From positions 1,198 to 65,197 of the forward strand of contig OMTF01000026.1 in assembly GCA_900313925.1 (NCBI GenBank): 64,000 nt of DNA, read 5' to 3'. The translations under genes and the position numbers were made by a program. The notes beneath the pieces were generated by a model, which worked only from the letters and a program-made list of their open reading frames with translations, did no database searches and was not told the DNA's origin. Source of the stretch: an uncultured Eubacteriales bacterium. Its GTDB lineage: Bacteria > Bacillota > Clostridia > Oscillospirales > Oscillospiraceae. Below are positions 63,753 to 64,000 of this stretch, one piece after another. Numbering within the stretch: the stretch's first letter is position 1; each line of letters begins with the position of its first letter.

Positions 63753-64000
63753 GGTGCTTTTTCTCCTTTCGTTCGCTCAGCCGGTTTTCAAAGCGGCTTT
63801 TTGCGGTTGACGAGGGGACCTCCGTGGGGTATCTGCCGCTGAAGCAGGCGTCGCAGAACTCCTCGGAACCACGGGCCTGGCCCAGCAGAATCGGGAGATC
63901 TTCCACTTTCAGATAGCCCAGGGAATCCGCTCCGATGAGCCGGCAGATTTCTTCCACCGAATAGTGGCAGGCGATAAGGTGCTCCCTTGAGTCGATATCC
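63730..64000 (-). CDS. purF: amidophosphoribosyltransferase, C-terminal part (partial; continues beyond the window end)
   Basis: ...[34 protein letters not shown]...[11 protein letters not shown] is a typical PurF C-terminus. The frame is open to the window edge. Confidence 0.85.
   Translation of the reverse strand, partial: DIDSREHLIACHYSVEEICRLIGADSLGYLKVEDLPILLGQARGSEEFCDACFSGRYPTEVPSSTAKSRFENRLSERKEKKHLEQEQSQ

Overview
This window looks like high-GC Firmicutes/Clostridia-type chromosome; the taxon is inferred from gene content and signals only. Most of it is ordinary housekeeping:
- rpsO-pnp, and rplJ-rplL behind an L10-type leader
- recJ-relA-dtd-MBL hydrolase
- typA-mtnA, cysK, mnmA, efp
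- hsp20 behind a perfect CIRCE operator
- a purF-purM-purN-purO-purH(AICARFT)-purD-purL operon on the minus strand

One accessory stretch runs from about 17.2 to 32.5 kb. It starts at tRNA-Leu(UAA) and continues through about 1 kb of non-coding DNA with a weak transposase-like remnant and an AT-rich promoter carrying three TTTGATAGA repeats. Next comes an 11.3 kb gene for a roughly 3,800-aa surface protein. Its domains are vWA, SpaA/CnaB-type domains, about 20 tandem FctA-type isopeptide domains, a C-terminal CnaB, and a non-canonical sorting signal.

The Sec signal peptide of this giant gene is one nucleotide out of frame with the body, at a C6 homopolymer. Two other envelope genes each carry a single in-frame stop: TGA in a secreted purple-acid-phosphatase-like enzyme, and TAG in a roughly 1,350-aa RND-type permease with a coiled-coil insertion.

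Other points of note:
- a tandemly duplicated intergenic unit upstream of dfx with small-ORF signatures
- a lipoprotein-anchored flavodoxin
- a degenerate FolD paralog next to FchA

I saw no CRISPR array, prophage, integrase or recognisable defence or toxin-antitoxin system. Every functional call comes from my own reading of the translated ORFs and motifs; no database search was run.
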